Assembly: GCF_026571515.1 (NCBI RefSeq)
Contig: NW_026866343.1
Span: forward strand, 1-64,000
Length of the DNA stretch: 64,000 nucleotides
Direction: 5' to 3'
Origin: Ruditapes philippinarum
Lineage: Eukaryota
Of the stretch, positions 1-12,400 are shown piece after piece. Every line of letters begins with the position of its first letter. The first letter of the stretch is position 1. The position numbers and the translations under genes are program-made. The notes beneath the pieces were generated by a model. The model saw only the letters and a program-made list of their open reading frames with translations, had not been told where the DNA came from and made no database searches.

Positions 1-985
1 TACCCACAAGATAAAAGTTGGAATGCATTTAACAACAGTTATGACCGTAGTGCTTACGAAGAATATGTAAAGAGTTTAATGTAGACCCCTCATTCAGATT
101 GGAGACAAAAAAATGTATAAAAGTGGAAATGGTTTAGGATTAGTTCACACAACTAGTCACTCTGCATGGAAACGAACTGATTTTAGACATGATTATTCTT
201 CAAAACATATTTCTAGCAGCACATCATCGGATTTAGATTTATCTAAAATGACATTCGGGCCTGAAGTTCCAGGTGGAAGAAAATGTGGTATTTCATCATG
301 TGAATATCTTCCACCTAAAAAGTTCACATTGATTATATTCTACAAGAAGATGATGTTAAGGATGTTTGGACAACATTTATTCTCGATACTTCAGAAGGTT
401 TTACGAGAGCAGGTGTTCAACGGATTAACGAATCAATAAGAACCTATTGTTGGGCTATTCTTGGTTCACAATCTCAAACTAGAACGGATATACTCGGAAC
501 AGGAACAGCTTTTGATGCGCAGAAACAATTTCTTGCAAATGTTGAAGATGCTATCAATAGCCCTGTAGATTTACCGAGTCAAATTAAAAGATATCAAAAT
601 ACATTAAAATATGCAAGAAGTAAAGTTGATTATGTTTTTGGAATTGGATTATATATGGCACCCAGTGATATGGAATTAAGAATTGGAGAAATACAAAATT
701 ATAATAATAAAATTATAGTAGCAACTGATTATCAAAAGCTCGGATTGAATAATGATGTTAATATTCAACCAATTAAACCAATTCTACATACAGAAATTAA
801 AGGAACGCCAACAAAGAAATCTTTACCAGAACCTAAAGAAATAGCAAAATCTTTAGTTAAAGTGTCAGATGTAATTAAAAAAAAAGAAAAAAATATATCA
901 ATAGAACACGAAGATAAAAAAAACAGCATTAATCGTCGGTAGTATAGTAATAGGTATTATTACATTTTACTTTTTACGAATATAA
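1..985 (+). CDS. Partial ORF with a C-terminal transmembrane segment, probably an uncharacterised Polinton/Maverick-associated gene; three frameshifts
   Basis: Joining frames at ~60, ~320 and ~920 (the latter two in A-runs) gives one intronless reading: YPQDKSWNAFNNSYDRSAYE-RICKEFNVDPHSDWRQK...VWTTFILDTSEGFTRAGVQRINESIRTYCWAILGSQSQTRTDILGTGTAFDAQKQFLANVEDAINSPVDLPSQIKRYQNTLKYARSKVDYVFGIGLYMAPSDMELRIG...HEDKKTALIVGSIVIGIITFYFLRI*, stop at 983-985. The family assignment is from my recollection of marine-invertebrate Polinton ORFs. Confidence 0.55.
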
Positions 986-1277
986 TTTTTCGGGTTTAGG
1001 TGGTGTGGGTCCGAGTCCCGCCGGGGATAAAAAAATATTTTTTTCTCGTGTCAAATCATTCTTCATTCAGAAAATAAGAAGAAAAAAAAATTTTTTTAAA
1101 GGTGCCATTATGTGCGGTGTCTATTAGTTTTTTTATTTTTCCGGGTCGCGGGTTCGAGTCCCGCCGGGGGATAAATTTTTTTTTTTAAAAAAAGTAGGTT
1201 ATAAAAAAAGGGGGTATAACTGGAAATTATTTTTTTATTTTTTTAGGTGGGGGAGAAGCTCAATAACCTATATTACT
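1..1277. mobile_element. Probable right end of a Polinton/Maverick (adintovirus-like) element
   Basis: The intronless ORF is followed by a homopolymer-rich region with internal repeats ending ...AATAACCTATATTACT at 1277, which fits Polinton AGT...ACT termini. Unrelated sequence follows. The left TIR and TSD are outside the window. Confidence 0.5.
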
Positions 1278-1537
1278 GATCAGAGGTTATGAAGCCTGCA
1301 TATAACAGATAGGCGGTCAAAAGACCAATTTAAAAAGCAGGCCACATATCCTAAGGGTGAATATACAGTATTCAAGTATGGAATACTGGAACCACCCAAG
1401 CAAAAAAAGAGAGCCAAATTCAAAGAATTTAAATACAATGTACCACACCAATGATGTCGTGTTGAACGATCTTTAAGGATCGGAAATATAACACCCCTGA
1501 TTGTATGTGCGGGGCGCGACTTTTTACGTCCTGTACA

Positions 1538-2294
1538 CGTTTAGGTTCTGCATGCACTACACAGATAGGCGTATTAGAGTCTGGAGAAGACGAGGTGAAC
1601 GGTTTCAGGCTGCAAATGTTGCTGAGCATGGCGGCTACGGAGGTGGGTCAGTTATGGTGTGGGGAGGCATCAGTTTGGATGGACGAACCGACCTGGTTGT
1701 GCTAAATGGAGGCAAATTGACAGGTCAGCGATACATAGACGACATCTTAGACAACCATGCTGGAGCAGTCAGCGATCAATTCATTCTAATGGACGATAAT
1801 GCTCGCCCATATAGGGCAATGGTGGCTCAAGGACTACCTAGAGACCAGCTAGCTTACATAACTTAAATCCAATATCACACATGTGCAATGAGCTTTTGGT
1901 TAAAATTACAGCACATCTGCTTGAACCCAGAACAATCTAGGAGCTTGAAGCTATGTTTTTTCAAGAATGGGCAGCCATACTCATTAGAACTATCAGAAAC
2001 CTAATAGGGAGTATGAGAAGGCGCTGCCAAGCTGTCATTGATAGTCACGGGTCACATCTAAAACTGTTAAAAATGAAGAAAACATTTTTTTTTTGGAAAA
2101 CACGATGCATGTTCTGAAATCTTCTATTCTAGCACAAAATCAGTTTAAACCTCATTAATTGAGTTAAATTCGTGCTGCAGCTAACTTCATACAACAGTAA
2201 ATTAACATTTAAAACCTTACGCACGGCGTTAATAAAATTATCCCCAAAAATATTCACACTCAAACATATGGTGCTTAGCAAATGTTGAGTAGTT
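1538..2294 (+). mobile_element. 5'-truncated Tc1/mariner transposon (DD34E transposase remnant and right TIR)
   Basis: RIRVWRRRGERF...GGGSVMVWGGISLDGRTDLV...FILMDDNARP, then a frameshifted LNPI..., and SMRRRCQAVIDSHGSH. It ends CATATGGTGCTTAGCAAATGTTGAGTAGTT-TA, an end shared with the copy at 52607-53957. Confidence 0.9.
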
Positions 2295-2418
2295 TACCAA
2301 CGAATTTGTACAATCAGTTCAAAAATTTATTACTGTCTAAGTAAGTACATGTATTGCCATTCACTTATGCCCTTTATATCACTTCCGCCATATGATCTCT
2401 TCACTGTGAACAACAAAA

Positions 2419-2637
2419 TCTGGAAGCAAAGTGATCCCTCGGAAGCATCACAACAAAATTGCAAGAGAATTGCAGAATCGGTTTGATTGAGTCTGTACAT
2501 GAGGGATAATGAATAAGTGCAATATCCCTCACGCCCCTAGCACCGGCTTGAGCGGTACTCAATTCTCAACACTTAATAGTGCTGGCATCAATGATCCCGA
2601 AGGACTAGAAAAATAATAAAACAACACTGAAGTGAAG
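2419..2637 (-). repeat. Partial copy of the ~284-bp structured dispersed repeat
   Basis: Near-identical to 9129-9350 and 52082-52291. It abuts and truncates the Merlin transposase. Confidence 0.9.
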
Positions 2638-3411
2638 CCTTTGTCCCTGACATACGCCGGAAGTGCAGTGCTTCCACGCACCTTCTATTAGATTGGTGTT
2701 TACCGTTACCTCTACTATGGGTTTTAAATATTTTTAAAGCATACTTGTGTAGTACATGTACTGTTAAATGTTCATATCTCATTTAATTTAAATACACGTA
2801 GGCACTCCGCCCATCACTATAAATCCTACACCCTTCCGCAACTGACGATTTATTAAGCGTTCTAAAGTGTCTGCTGGTGTGTCGTTTACGGAATACAGTA
2901 TGATTGTATTCGTGTGCCTCTCTACCATGCCAAAAGCCCGTACGTTGAAACCTTTGTATGGATTTACCTGTTGGTATTTAAGCTTTCTACTCAATAAAGA
3001 TTCATCAATTTCCACTTCTCCCGATATTACTCGATGACGCATACTCCTGTGGTAATGCCATTTAAACATCTCCCTCATATAGCTTGCCCAGTGCTTTTGT
3101 AACATACTTTGGTTTGCTTGTTCTACACGATCAAATATAAAAAGAAGAACGTAAATATGATGTCCATTGACCTTTTACATTAGATTGTATAGAGTCGTAT
3201 TGACTAAATCGTTTATCCATTGCGTCTGTATTATCATTGAAAACATGTTCATTTGTTGCGAACTGTTCACTGAAGACTGTGCATATTGTGGCGGTGTCAA
3301 AAACTGCGTATGAGGGTGTAGGAATAGTCCTTGATATCCCGTTTTATGTGATGCTTAGCTTTAAGGCGGGGATGTTGGACTCTGGGCTGACATGGTGTTT
3401 CGTTTACCATG
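2638..3411 (-). pseudogene. Merlin/IS1016 (ISXO2-like) DDE transposase pseudogene
   Basis: Motifs EVEIDES..RKLKY and AFGMVERHTNTIILYSV..ADTLERLI, a frameshifted IYSDG.SAY, YEHLTV.H, and TNRIEGAWKH / HFRRMSGTK. Several frameshifts. Confidence 0.85.
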
Positions 3412-4015
3412 ATTTTTATCTAAATAATTAGGAGATGAGTGAGATTAAGTGCGTTTTTTCTACAAAATTCACAGTTCATATTTTACAAACCGGTCAGCAT
3501 TTCCGCCATTTTTATAGTATGAAATATGACATCAAAACCGCTATTTTTAACCAAAATATAAGACTTATCCCAGAAATACTGCAAAACAATTATTAGAACT
3601 CTAAATAAAGTTCCATTTTACTAATAAGTCCTTCTGTAAACCATTTTCACTAGCTACTAGAAAAATATGTCCTCCATATTATCACGAGATCACTCATTGT
3701 AAAACATCATAATGGACCTTTCTGGTTTTTCGTAGCGGAACATTTAGCCACACCTTTTCCATTCATTGCTAGGTCTACTGCTCACGAACAGTACAACAAA
3801 CAAAACCATGTGTTCTTTTGTGCAAACCAGGTCAACAAGTGACTATGTACTATCTCAGTGTAGCAATTGGATAACAAGTTAGCCAATTTACATAAATCTG
3901 TAAACACTGGAAAGGTCCATCCGGTGGTTTATCGCCACATATCGTAAAAGTCAATGATGCATAATCAAATTGGTTGACAGTAAACTACTGAATGATATGC
4001 AAATCAATTTGTAAA

Positions 4016-4310
4016 TTAGTAAGTAATCTGTTGTACTGCATGATTGCTATCTATAATATATATATATTCACCGGTTACGCAATCATGCCCCAATCGTACG
4101 TTGGCTAAACATAAAGAGGTGGCTTTACAGAGTTCTAACAGTTTTACACCACGTGCATTGCATACAAGGTCACTTGAGGTGCTGCACAGGCTTTCATCTC
4201 GGAAGAAGTCAATATCGTCAATTCTTGTAATATCTTTTGTCACATATGAGAAAATGTCGCTCGTTACCCATATGATTGTGTGCCAATCCCCTGCCACAAG
4301 AACGCTACCA
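4016..4310 (-). mobile_element. Non-LTR retrotransposon APE endonuclease fragment
   Basis: GD....SSDLVCNARGVKLLELCKATSLCLANVRLGHDCVTGEY.Y...DY matches the LINE endonuclease pattern N..G..LL.LC....L.I.NGR....G.YT....S.IDY. Confidence 0.8.
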
Positions 4311-4784
4311 ATAATGAAAATGATGATATGTTAAATCTATGTAACATAAAACTTGACAAAATTCCTTATGTTTATTTTTTTATCAGCAGATCCTATAAAA
4401 CGTTTAACTGGTCAGCAGTTTCTAGCATAATGTACAGTGCGATAAATCTGCTAACGATAAGAAAATCACGGAAAATATCACTTAACCGATTTCTTTTATA
4501 TTTCAATTGGTACGCAGTTGTTTCATTGATTTGCGAGATGTAGAATATGTTATATATTTATTTGATAACATTACAAAGTAAATGAAAATTTCACTAAAAA
4601 TATCATATATTGCTTTACATTGTTCGAGAAACTTCTGATCAGTATATTAGAATGTGCTGACCGGTTAAGTTGATAGTGAAAGTGATTACCAGTTACATAA
4701 AAAGAGAAATATATGCACTTGAAGCGTACGTGGAGCTTCTGACCAATGAAATAAACATAGATAAGCAGAAAGTCAGTAACCGTT

Positions 4785-4827
4785 TTATTATCATTATTAT
4801 TATTATTATTATTATTATGATGATGAT
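4785..4827. repeat. (ATT)n/(ATG)n microsatellite
   Basis: Read directly from the sequence. Confidence 0.95.
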
Positions 4828-5491
4828 TCATACATCACAACTTTACATGATCATTTATTTTTTCTGTTTCAAGATTCAATTAAATTGTTGTACAATTTGC
4901 ATTTGCGTGTCTTTTGTATGAGTAATTATATCAACATAACATCATTTCCATCTGAAATCTGGTTGAATCAGTATATTAAAGTTTTTAACAATTTATTAAT
5001 TTCCGTCTGTGTTACATACTTATTTATCTTTAAGCATTCCACCTATCGTTGATAAAATATAAATATATAAATAAATATAAATATTTCATATAAGATCTAT
5101 TTAGACTTTTTCAGTATGCAAAATAGATAAAAATAAAAATGATGACAACAAAATAAACGATTAATTAAAATAAAATTGATTTCCACTTGCTATGTTTTTC
5201 CTTCTTTATCTATATCTATATTTATTTAACATGTTAGCAGCTTCCTATATATTCTGTATCGTCAGCTAATACGTCAGCATTTTAGTGCGACGCGTTTTAG
5301 ACTGACAAATTGTTTTTTTAATTAAATTTCCTTAACTTTGGAAACATTGCGATTGGACGTGTAAAATCTTCCGCGTTGTGAAGTTTAAAATAATGATATC
5401 TATGTATCAAGTCTTCAGTAAGAAATAAAATTGTGTTCTTTAACACTAATGATTGCCGATTTTATTTGTTTAACGTCAGATATTTTCTAAG

Positions 5492-6478
5492 ATGCCGAGT
5501 TACAAAAGGATATTCTGTATTTTAATTTTAAATTTATTTCTCCTGACGGCCAATGCTTTGATCGAGCGGTTTAGATCAGTGGCACTTAGTGGACCGTTAC
5601 AGAATCTCCGTGTTTTCAATGACAAAATTTTCATTGGAGGCACCAATATGCTATACATTCTTAATAATGAGTTGAGTGTAAGTCAGTCAGCAAGAACATG
5701 CTTCAGTTCTTCGATTTTGTGCGGAAACATTAATAAAATCTTACTTGTGCTGGAAGAACGAAACGAAATTTTCGTATGCGGAACTGACAACGGATTGTGT
5801 GAAATACGAATGATTGATAAAATTGAAAATGTTGTTCGAACAAGTTCGAGTTCGGAATATCAATTGATTTTTGACACGAACTCAAGTGACCCTGTGCAAG
5901 GTATTGCAACAATGGATGGTCATGTTACGTTAGCCGTTTCTTTAGGTGTAACACAACCGGACGTTTACGATTGGTATTGGTACACTTATTTTATCAGTGT
6001 AATGGACGTTGTAAGCTTAAGGAACAAAAAATATATTGATGCTCCTACTATAAAAATTGCTTTTCCCGAATTCATCTCCTATTTCAAAGACGTGTTTCAA
6101 TTTAACTGGTACACCTATTTTGTAACAAACCAAAAGAAGAATCTTAACAGTACAAACTATGTTTCTAAATTGATTAGTATTTACCAAAATGATACTAAAT
6201 TTGATTCATATACAGACATAGTTCTTAGTTGTAGACATGATGGCATTGAGTATAATCTTATCCAAAAGGCAGTACTAATAGATGCCCCTAATTCCTTCGG
6301 ACTTTTGAGTAACGATAGTATTTTTGTGGGAGCGTTCACCAGAGGAAATGATCCTACCAATCCATCCGGGAACACAGCGATTTGTGTATCTAAAATAAGT
6401 GAAATGATTTTTGACATTTTGAATACTGAAGAGAACTTTGAGAGTTTGGCCAAAAAGGAAAGTTTCATCTGTGTTGAG
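5492..6478 (+). CDS. First coding exon of the plexin-like receptor: signal peptide and most of the Sema domain
   Basis: MPSYKRIFCILILNLFLLTANA signal peptide, 329 open codons, donor GAG|GTAATG. A large first Sema exon is typical of plexin and MET genes. Confidence 0.9.
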
Positions 6479-9400
6479 GTAATGACATTTTTTCATGATG
6501 TTCAAAGAGTATGATTATGAAATGTACTACAAGTAATCTGGGATGTATCAATAACCATTAAAGCTCAAATAAAAATGAATCAGAAAAAGTGGTTTTGACA
6601 ATGTTTAAAATGATATTAGTAATGGTGATGAGGAGGAAAAAAATAGTGATGATGTTGTTCGATTTTGTTGTAATTTTAATCACAATGTTTATGATAATGA
6701 TATTTATGAGTAGGAAGAGATGGACATTTTGTAGAAATGATAAGTAAAATGACGATGATTGGGTTTATCAAATTTTTATTTATATAAAGCTTAACCTATT
6801 TCGACCTGCACCAGTCAACATGCATTATGAAAACTATGGTAACGTATGTATTTCTTTTGCAGTTTGCAGGTTTATAAGAATGACGACAGCAACACTTTAA
6901 GACTTTAGTGCTTGTCAAGAATCTTATTATTAATGTTCTGATTATTTTTTAAACTTATACAAATTATATGTTGCATAAATGTTTATTATTTTTAATGCAT
7001 TTACCATGCATCCCATATGTAGAGGTAGAGGTAGAGGTAGTTTGTCCAAAGGTATTACTCATAGAGAAAGCATTGTGATGTTTTTAAAACCTCCACTCCA
7101 TATAATCAATCAATGACATTAATTCTTTAAATTTTCAGAATACATGTGTATATACATAATATGCAGTAAATTACACGAAATTATAATCAAACACAAATAT
7201 GATGAAATAACGTTATGTTTAAATTGCAAGTGTAATAAAACAATAATAATATCAATAAAAAGGAAGTAAAGTTCCGCCTATAGGGTATCCCATACATACA
7301 TGGTGATGAAGATCATGGCGTTTACGTTGTGGTTGTTTTTTGATGATGACGACGACGATGGTGTTGATGATGATTTAAGTAAAGTAGGTTCTGCTTCATT
7401 TTTTCCAGAAACTTTATTTTCCCTATTCGCCCAAGTTGCTTTGTGGGAGCGGAAATTATGCGCATAAAATGACAGCGACATATCTACATCAAACGAAGAC
7501 AGGTCACGTGACCGCGCTTGATGGTACTTCTATTGGCATAGATACTATCGTCCTTGTTGCCGGGCTATCGACTGGATCTTTAATACAGGTATTTCTTGTA
7601 TTATTTAGAGCTATGAAAAATAATTAAGTATTTAGAATAAATACTTGGTTTTCTTGTACACAGAAATCCCAGATATCTGGTACTGAAGTGTTCTCATGTT
7701 TCAGGAAGACCTCTCGGGCCAACGGTTAATGAGAAATTATATTTTGATTGAATTTAAAGATAATAGTTACTAGTACACAGAAATCTCAGATATCTGGTAC
7801 TAAGGATGCTATATATGTATAAAGCAAAAACAATGTTTTATGAATGTTTTGGAAATATAAGAGGTTGTTGGAATGAAAATGTTGGGGATAGGTTAAGCTT
7901 AATAATGATATTTGGTTGTGAATAGTTTTTGAGTAGATAAAATGTTTCTTTGAATTTATAGTTTTGAATGATTTTAGAAATAGATTAAGATTGGTATCAT
8001 GTATGGAATGATTTTTTTTGGTTATCTTCCAATCATAAGGATAAGTATCCCAAGAAAAATTATATGTATTTACGTTTGAGAATGTCAAGATTATTAAGAT
8101 TTTCTTTTGTAGCAATAGATTTAATAATCAACAGCTCGGTACACGATACAATATTACCATCATTTTATAACTCTAAACATCTTCCTTTCAGTTGTATTCT
8201 TATTACACTTACAGTCACTGCTTTCACAGAGTATATATGGTATGGAAAGAGAAAATAAATAAAAAAGATAAAGTTAAGGTTAAATTGATAAATGAAAGTG
8301 TGAAAAGACGAAAGTTAGCTGCATGAAAATCTTAAAAAATAAGACTAACCTTGAATATAAATAGTCTACGATTTAATAATCATTTTCCTAAGTTATTCAA
8401 AGAATTTTTAAGTTTATTCAATGCATCTAAAATGTATCTTATAATTAAGTGCACAGTATTTGAGTGAAAAGCTTCCAAGTATTATTTTACCAAAACCATC
8501 CAACATGAATACACAATCCAAATGACTTAAGTTTGACGTAACCGTCTATATGCCCTTTGAAATTGGGTATACGCACCGACGATGTACTTTCCGCAGATCT
8601 TCAACGCTCCAACGCTCTCATTATTTCCATGACATCGCCGCCACATTTTACAGTTACTTTTGGATTGTCGATTATTATATTATTATTATATTATAGATGT
8701 ATATTTGAAGTTTAAGCTTTTAGTATTCTATCCATCGGTCTCAGTGGCGTTATATTGACATGTTGTGTCAGTAAAATGCAACAATTTTATAAATCTTACT
8801 TTTCCTGCACGTATTCTACTGTGAACATTATTTATTTGTTTCATAGTTGTTGTTAGTAGATACCTCGGCAAAGTAGCTTATCAGTACCGGGCAGTATAAT
8901 ACGAAGGGCAAACAGAAAATAATCCAAGTTTTCATCTTAATATTTCAGTCGAGTTTATGAGTAAACATACATAAGTTTTAGATATTTTGGCGACACAACT
9001 CGAAACAGATGTGATGCCTACGAAACAAAACATTATTTATGTATTATATTTTGCAGATATCCATGAAAAGTGTGAAATCTCCCATGGAGCTGTTAAGTAC
9101 GACAGAAGTGAAAACACCAATACATAAATCTGGAAACAAAGTGATCCCTCGGAAGCATTAATCACAACAAAATAACATAAGAATTGCAGACTCGGTTTGA
9201 TTGAGTCTGTACATGAGGGATAATGAATAAGTGCAACATCCCTCACGCCCCCTAGCACCGGCTTGAGCGGTACTCAATTCTCAACACTTTATAGTGCTGG
9301 CATATCAATGATCCCGAAGGACCAGAAAATATAACAACACTGAAGTGAAGTACGGGGCAACTTTTTACGGCTGCCACACGGCACTTGACACCTGCTGTTG

Positions 9401-12400
9401 TGAAGTACAAAATTCTGGAAACAAAGTGATCCCTCGGAAGCATTAATCACAACAAAATAACATAAGAATTGCAGACTCGGTTTGATTGAGTCTGTACATG
9501 AGGGATAATGAATAAGTGCAACATCCCTCACGCCCCCTAGCACCGGCTTGAGCGGTACTCAATTCTCAACACTTTATAGTGCTGGCATCAATGATCCCGA
9601 AGGACCAGAAAATATAACAACACTGAAGTGAAGTACGGGGCAACTTTTTACGGCTGCCACACGGCACTTGACACCTGCTGTTGTGAAGTACAAAATTCTG
9701 GAAACAAAGTGATCCCTCGGAAGCATTAATCACAACAAAATAACATAAGAATTGCAGACTCGGTTTGATTGAGTCTGTACATGAGGGATAATGAATAAGT
9801 GCAACATCCCTCACGCCCCCTAGCACCGGCTTGAGCGGTACTCAATTCTCAACACTTTATAGTGCTGGCATCAATAAAGTTCATATACAGGATGAAGATA
9901 TCATTTATGTTTTGGGCTCTCAACATGTTAGATCAATATTTTATTTTTCTATATTCAGTTTAGATATGTCTTGTGGTGTTTTAATATCAATCAATAACTA
10001 ACGTTCGTAAGAAGTACTGTTTTCTTCTATGGAAGACCAATTATGGTATAAGTGCAATAGAAGCAAACGCTTTCATTAGCTTTCGACATTTGTTTTCTTC
10101 CGAAAAAAATGACTTAATTGTTTATAAAAGAAATGCTTATAACTTAACTTATAACAAAATATTATGCTTAACAACAGACGTTTGTTAAGCAACAAATGTG
10201 TATTCAATACCCAACTGCTATAAGGATTATTTTGGTCTTCACGACAAATAAAACTAACAGATCTAACATCGGTTTCACTATCGAATCCAACAATGTGCAT
10301 GGAGTTATTATCTTGTTTTCTTTGCGAAAATACCATATAATTTTATTTCTTAAAAGTAACTTTTAATTTTTATTTGGTTTCAACTGTTGTTGTTCTTATG
10401 GACAGGTGTATTCGTATTCACAGTCCGATTGCTCAGAGTTCAAGTCTGTTGCTGAAACAATGGCAGGCCGGAACCCACTATGTGGCTGGTGCGTTTTCAA
10501 ACAAAGGTAATTCATAGAAAAATAATGTCCTATTGCAAAGACAGGCACTAGACATAAAGTAATTATTTGGATAATTGAATTATAGGATCAATGATAATGA
10601 GATTCTTAAGACATACATTTTAAGGAGCCCCATTGTACCCTAGTAATGCATTTATTGTTTTATTTCTCAAAAGCTTTTTACTTTTGTTTTTTGTTATCCC
10701 GTTTTCAAGGAATTTTGCATTGGCCAGTAACCTAAACCATCTTTTGGTACTGTTAATGCAATTGAGTCTGTTATAAGGATTTAGTACTTTGTATGGTTGT
10801 TAACATTTTTTTTTTCATTTTGTGATTCAAATAAATTTAGTGTTATATTCTTTAAATGATGCGCAACTTCATGCTATAGACATAGAAATTAATATTTTTT
10901 CCTTTTTAAAGAAGAAAACACATCGTTTCTGAGGCATAATATTCTGACATCTAAAATGCTTCTTACAAGCTTTATTATCAAGTTTCCACATCGAACTGTA
11001 ATTGTAATTATAAATAAATGAATGCTTTTGTGTGGCGTAACCTTGTTTGCGCCGCTTGTAATTTATAACATTTACAAAACAAAATTGGTTTTTCACTAAT
11101 GTTCAATGATAAATTATCAAATTTTAACATTCTGGGGTATTTTTATGCTTTAACAAATAGTATGGGCGGCGGAGTCATGCTGATTTAACTGTCACAAATT
11201 ATTGCACAATATCATAAAACATGACATAATCATCTTATTTTATAGAGCAACATGGAAAACTAAATGCTCAGAAGCGCCCTTCCATTGGATATCGTCGTTA
11301 TATAAAATTCATATAACACCATCCAAAATACCTGTTAGTGTTTCAAAGATTACAAACGTGAAGGTAAATCTTATTTATTAATTTATTTATTTACTTATTT
11401 ATTTATTTTATTACATTATATAATATTATATTCATTCGTATTTCTTTTGTGTTCTTTATATTTTTTCTTTTTTCGTATAATGTGTGTGCGTGTGGTTTCG
11501 TTTTTTTTTACAATAACAGGAGGTTATTTGCCCTCTCTATGTTAAACAAAACCAGCTTCTTTTAATACCAAATAGAACCAAATGTAGAGTAGAATCAATA
11601 TATATTGGACATTAAACATGTTTGTGTTAAGTTCTTTTTATGTTATTTGGCTTATTATCTTTTGAATACTGCACTTCAGGTGACGATTACTTTGGAGCAC
11701 CATCCAACGCCGCAAACGGAGGACGGGGTTTTTAAATGCAGACTTGTGGATAATAAGAACGACATCATTGCCTCGGATATACAAGCAGAAAATAAAAATA
11801 ACGGAAGTGCGATTTCTTGTGCATTGCCTTTCGTTAAAGGTTTTGTTACATTTGTTACATGTTTATTATCAAAGATGTGTTTAACGTTGCTTGCTTTGTA
11901 CGCCATCTCATCGTTTGCCTGTTTCCTTTGGAAGAAAATTATTTCAATTTTTGCACGTGCTTAAATATTGAATACAATATAAATCAGTACAAGAAGGATT
12001 GTGTGGTGTTACACTGTAAAAACACAATCATGCAAACTGTCCTGACCCTTTACCTTAAGCTAATCAATTTATCACTTTGATATTGAAAATGAAATTCAAA
12101 AATATTTAAATCTGAAGCAGAAAGGAACAAATATATTATGTATTATGTATTTCTATCTATGCCAGTGTAAACTTCAAATTTTTTATCATCATCTATTGCG
12201 TATACATGTCTTAACTTCAGAACATGGAAAGTTAAAACTTGAGGTGTCAGTGCAGGCTTACGTAAATGAGAGTATCCTTATTGCAGAAGCGGTCATTTCA
12301 TTTTACGAGTGTGGTAACCTGACAAGGTACTTAATATTATTAAAAGTCACGTACAATACATGGTGTTGATACTTACATAGATATTTTTTTAACAACCAAC

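Noticed and set aside
7786-8400. Possible L1/Tx1 ORF2 remnant on the minus strand
   Set aside because: Composition is suggestive, but I could not find a diagnostic motif.
8847-8960. Candidate receptor exon LLLVDTSAK*LISTGQ...
   Set aside because: In-frame TAG at 8874-8876. The interrupted exon at 9057-9926 fits the Sema end and the phases better.
9528-9592. Twister-like look of CCG-CUCAAGC-CGG...AGGGGGCG on the minus strand
   Set aside because: The loop is too short, and there is no UAA cleavage strand after P1 or conserved GA. Not a canonical twister.
9586-9612. Hammerhead-like CAAUGA-UCC-CGAA-GGA-CCAGAAA on the plus strand
   Set aside because: Lacks the CUGANGA core and stems I and III.
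9037-9826. Repeated minus-strand ORFs MLGGVRDVALIHYPSC... (also 51906-52211)
   Set aside because: Translations of the non-coding repeat, with non-ATG starts and differing C-termini.
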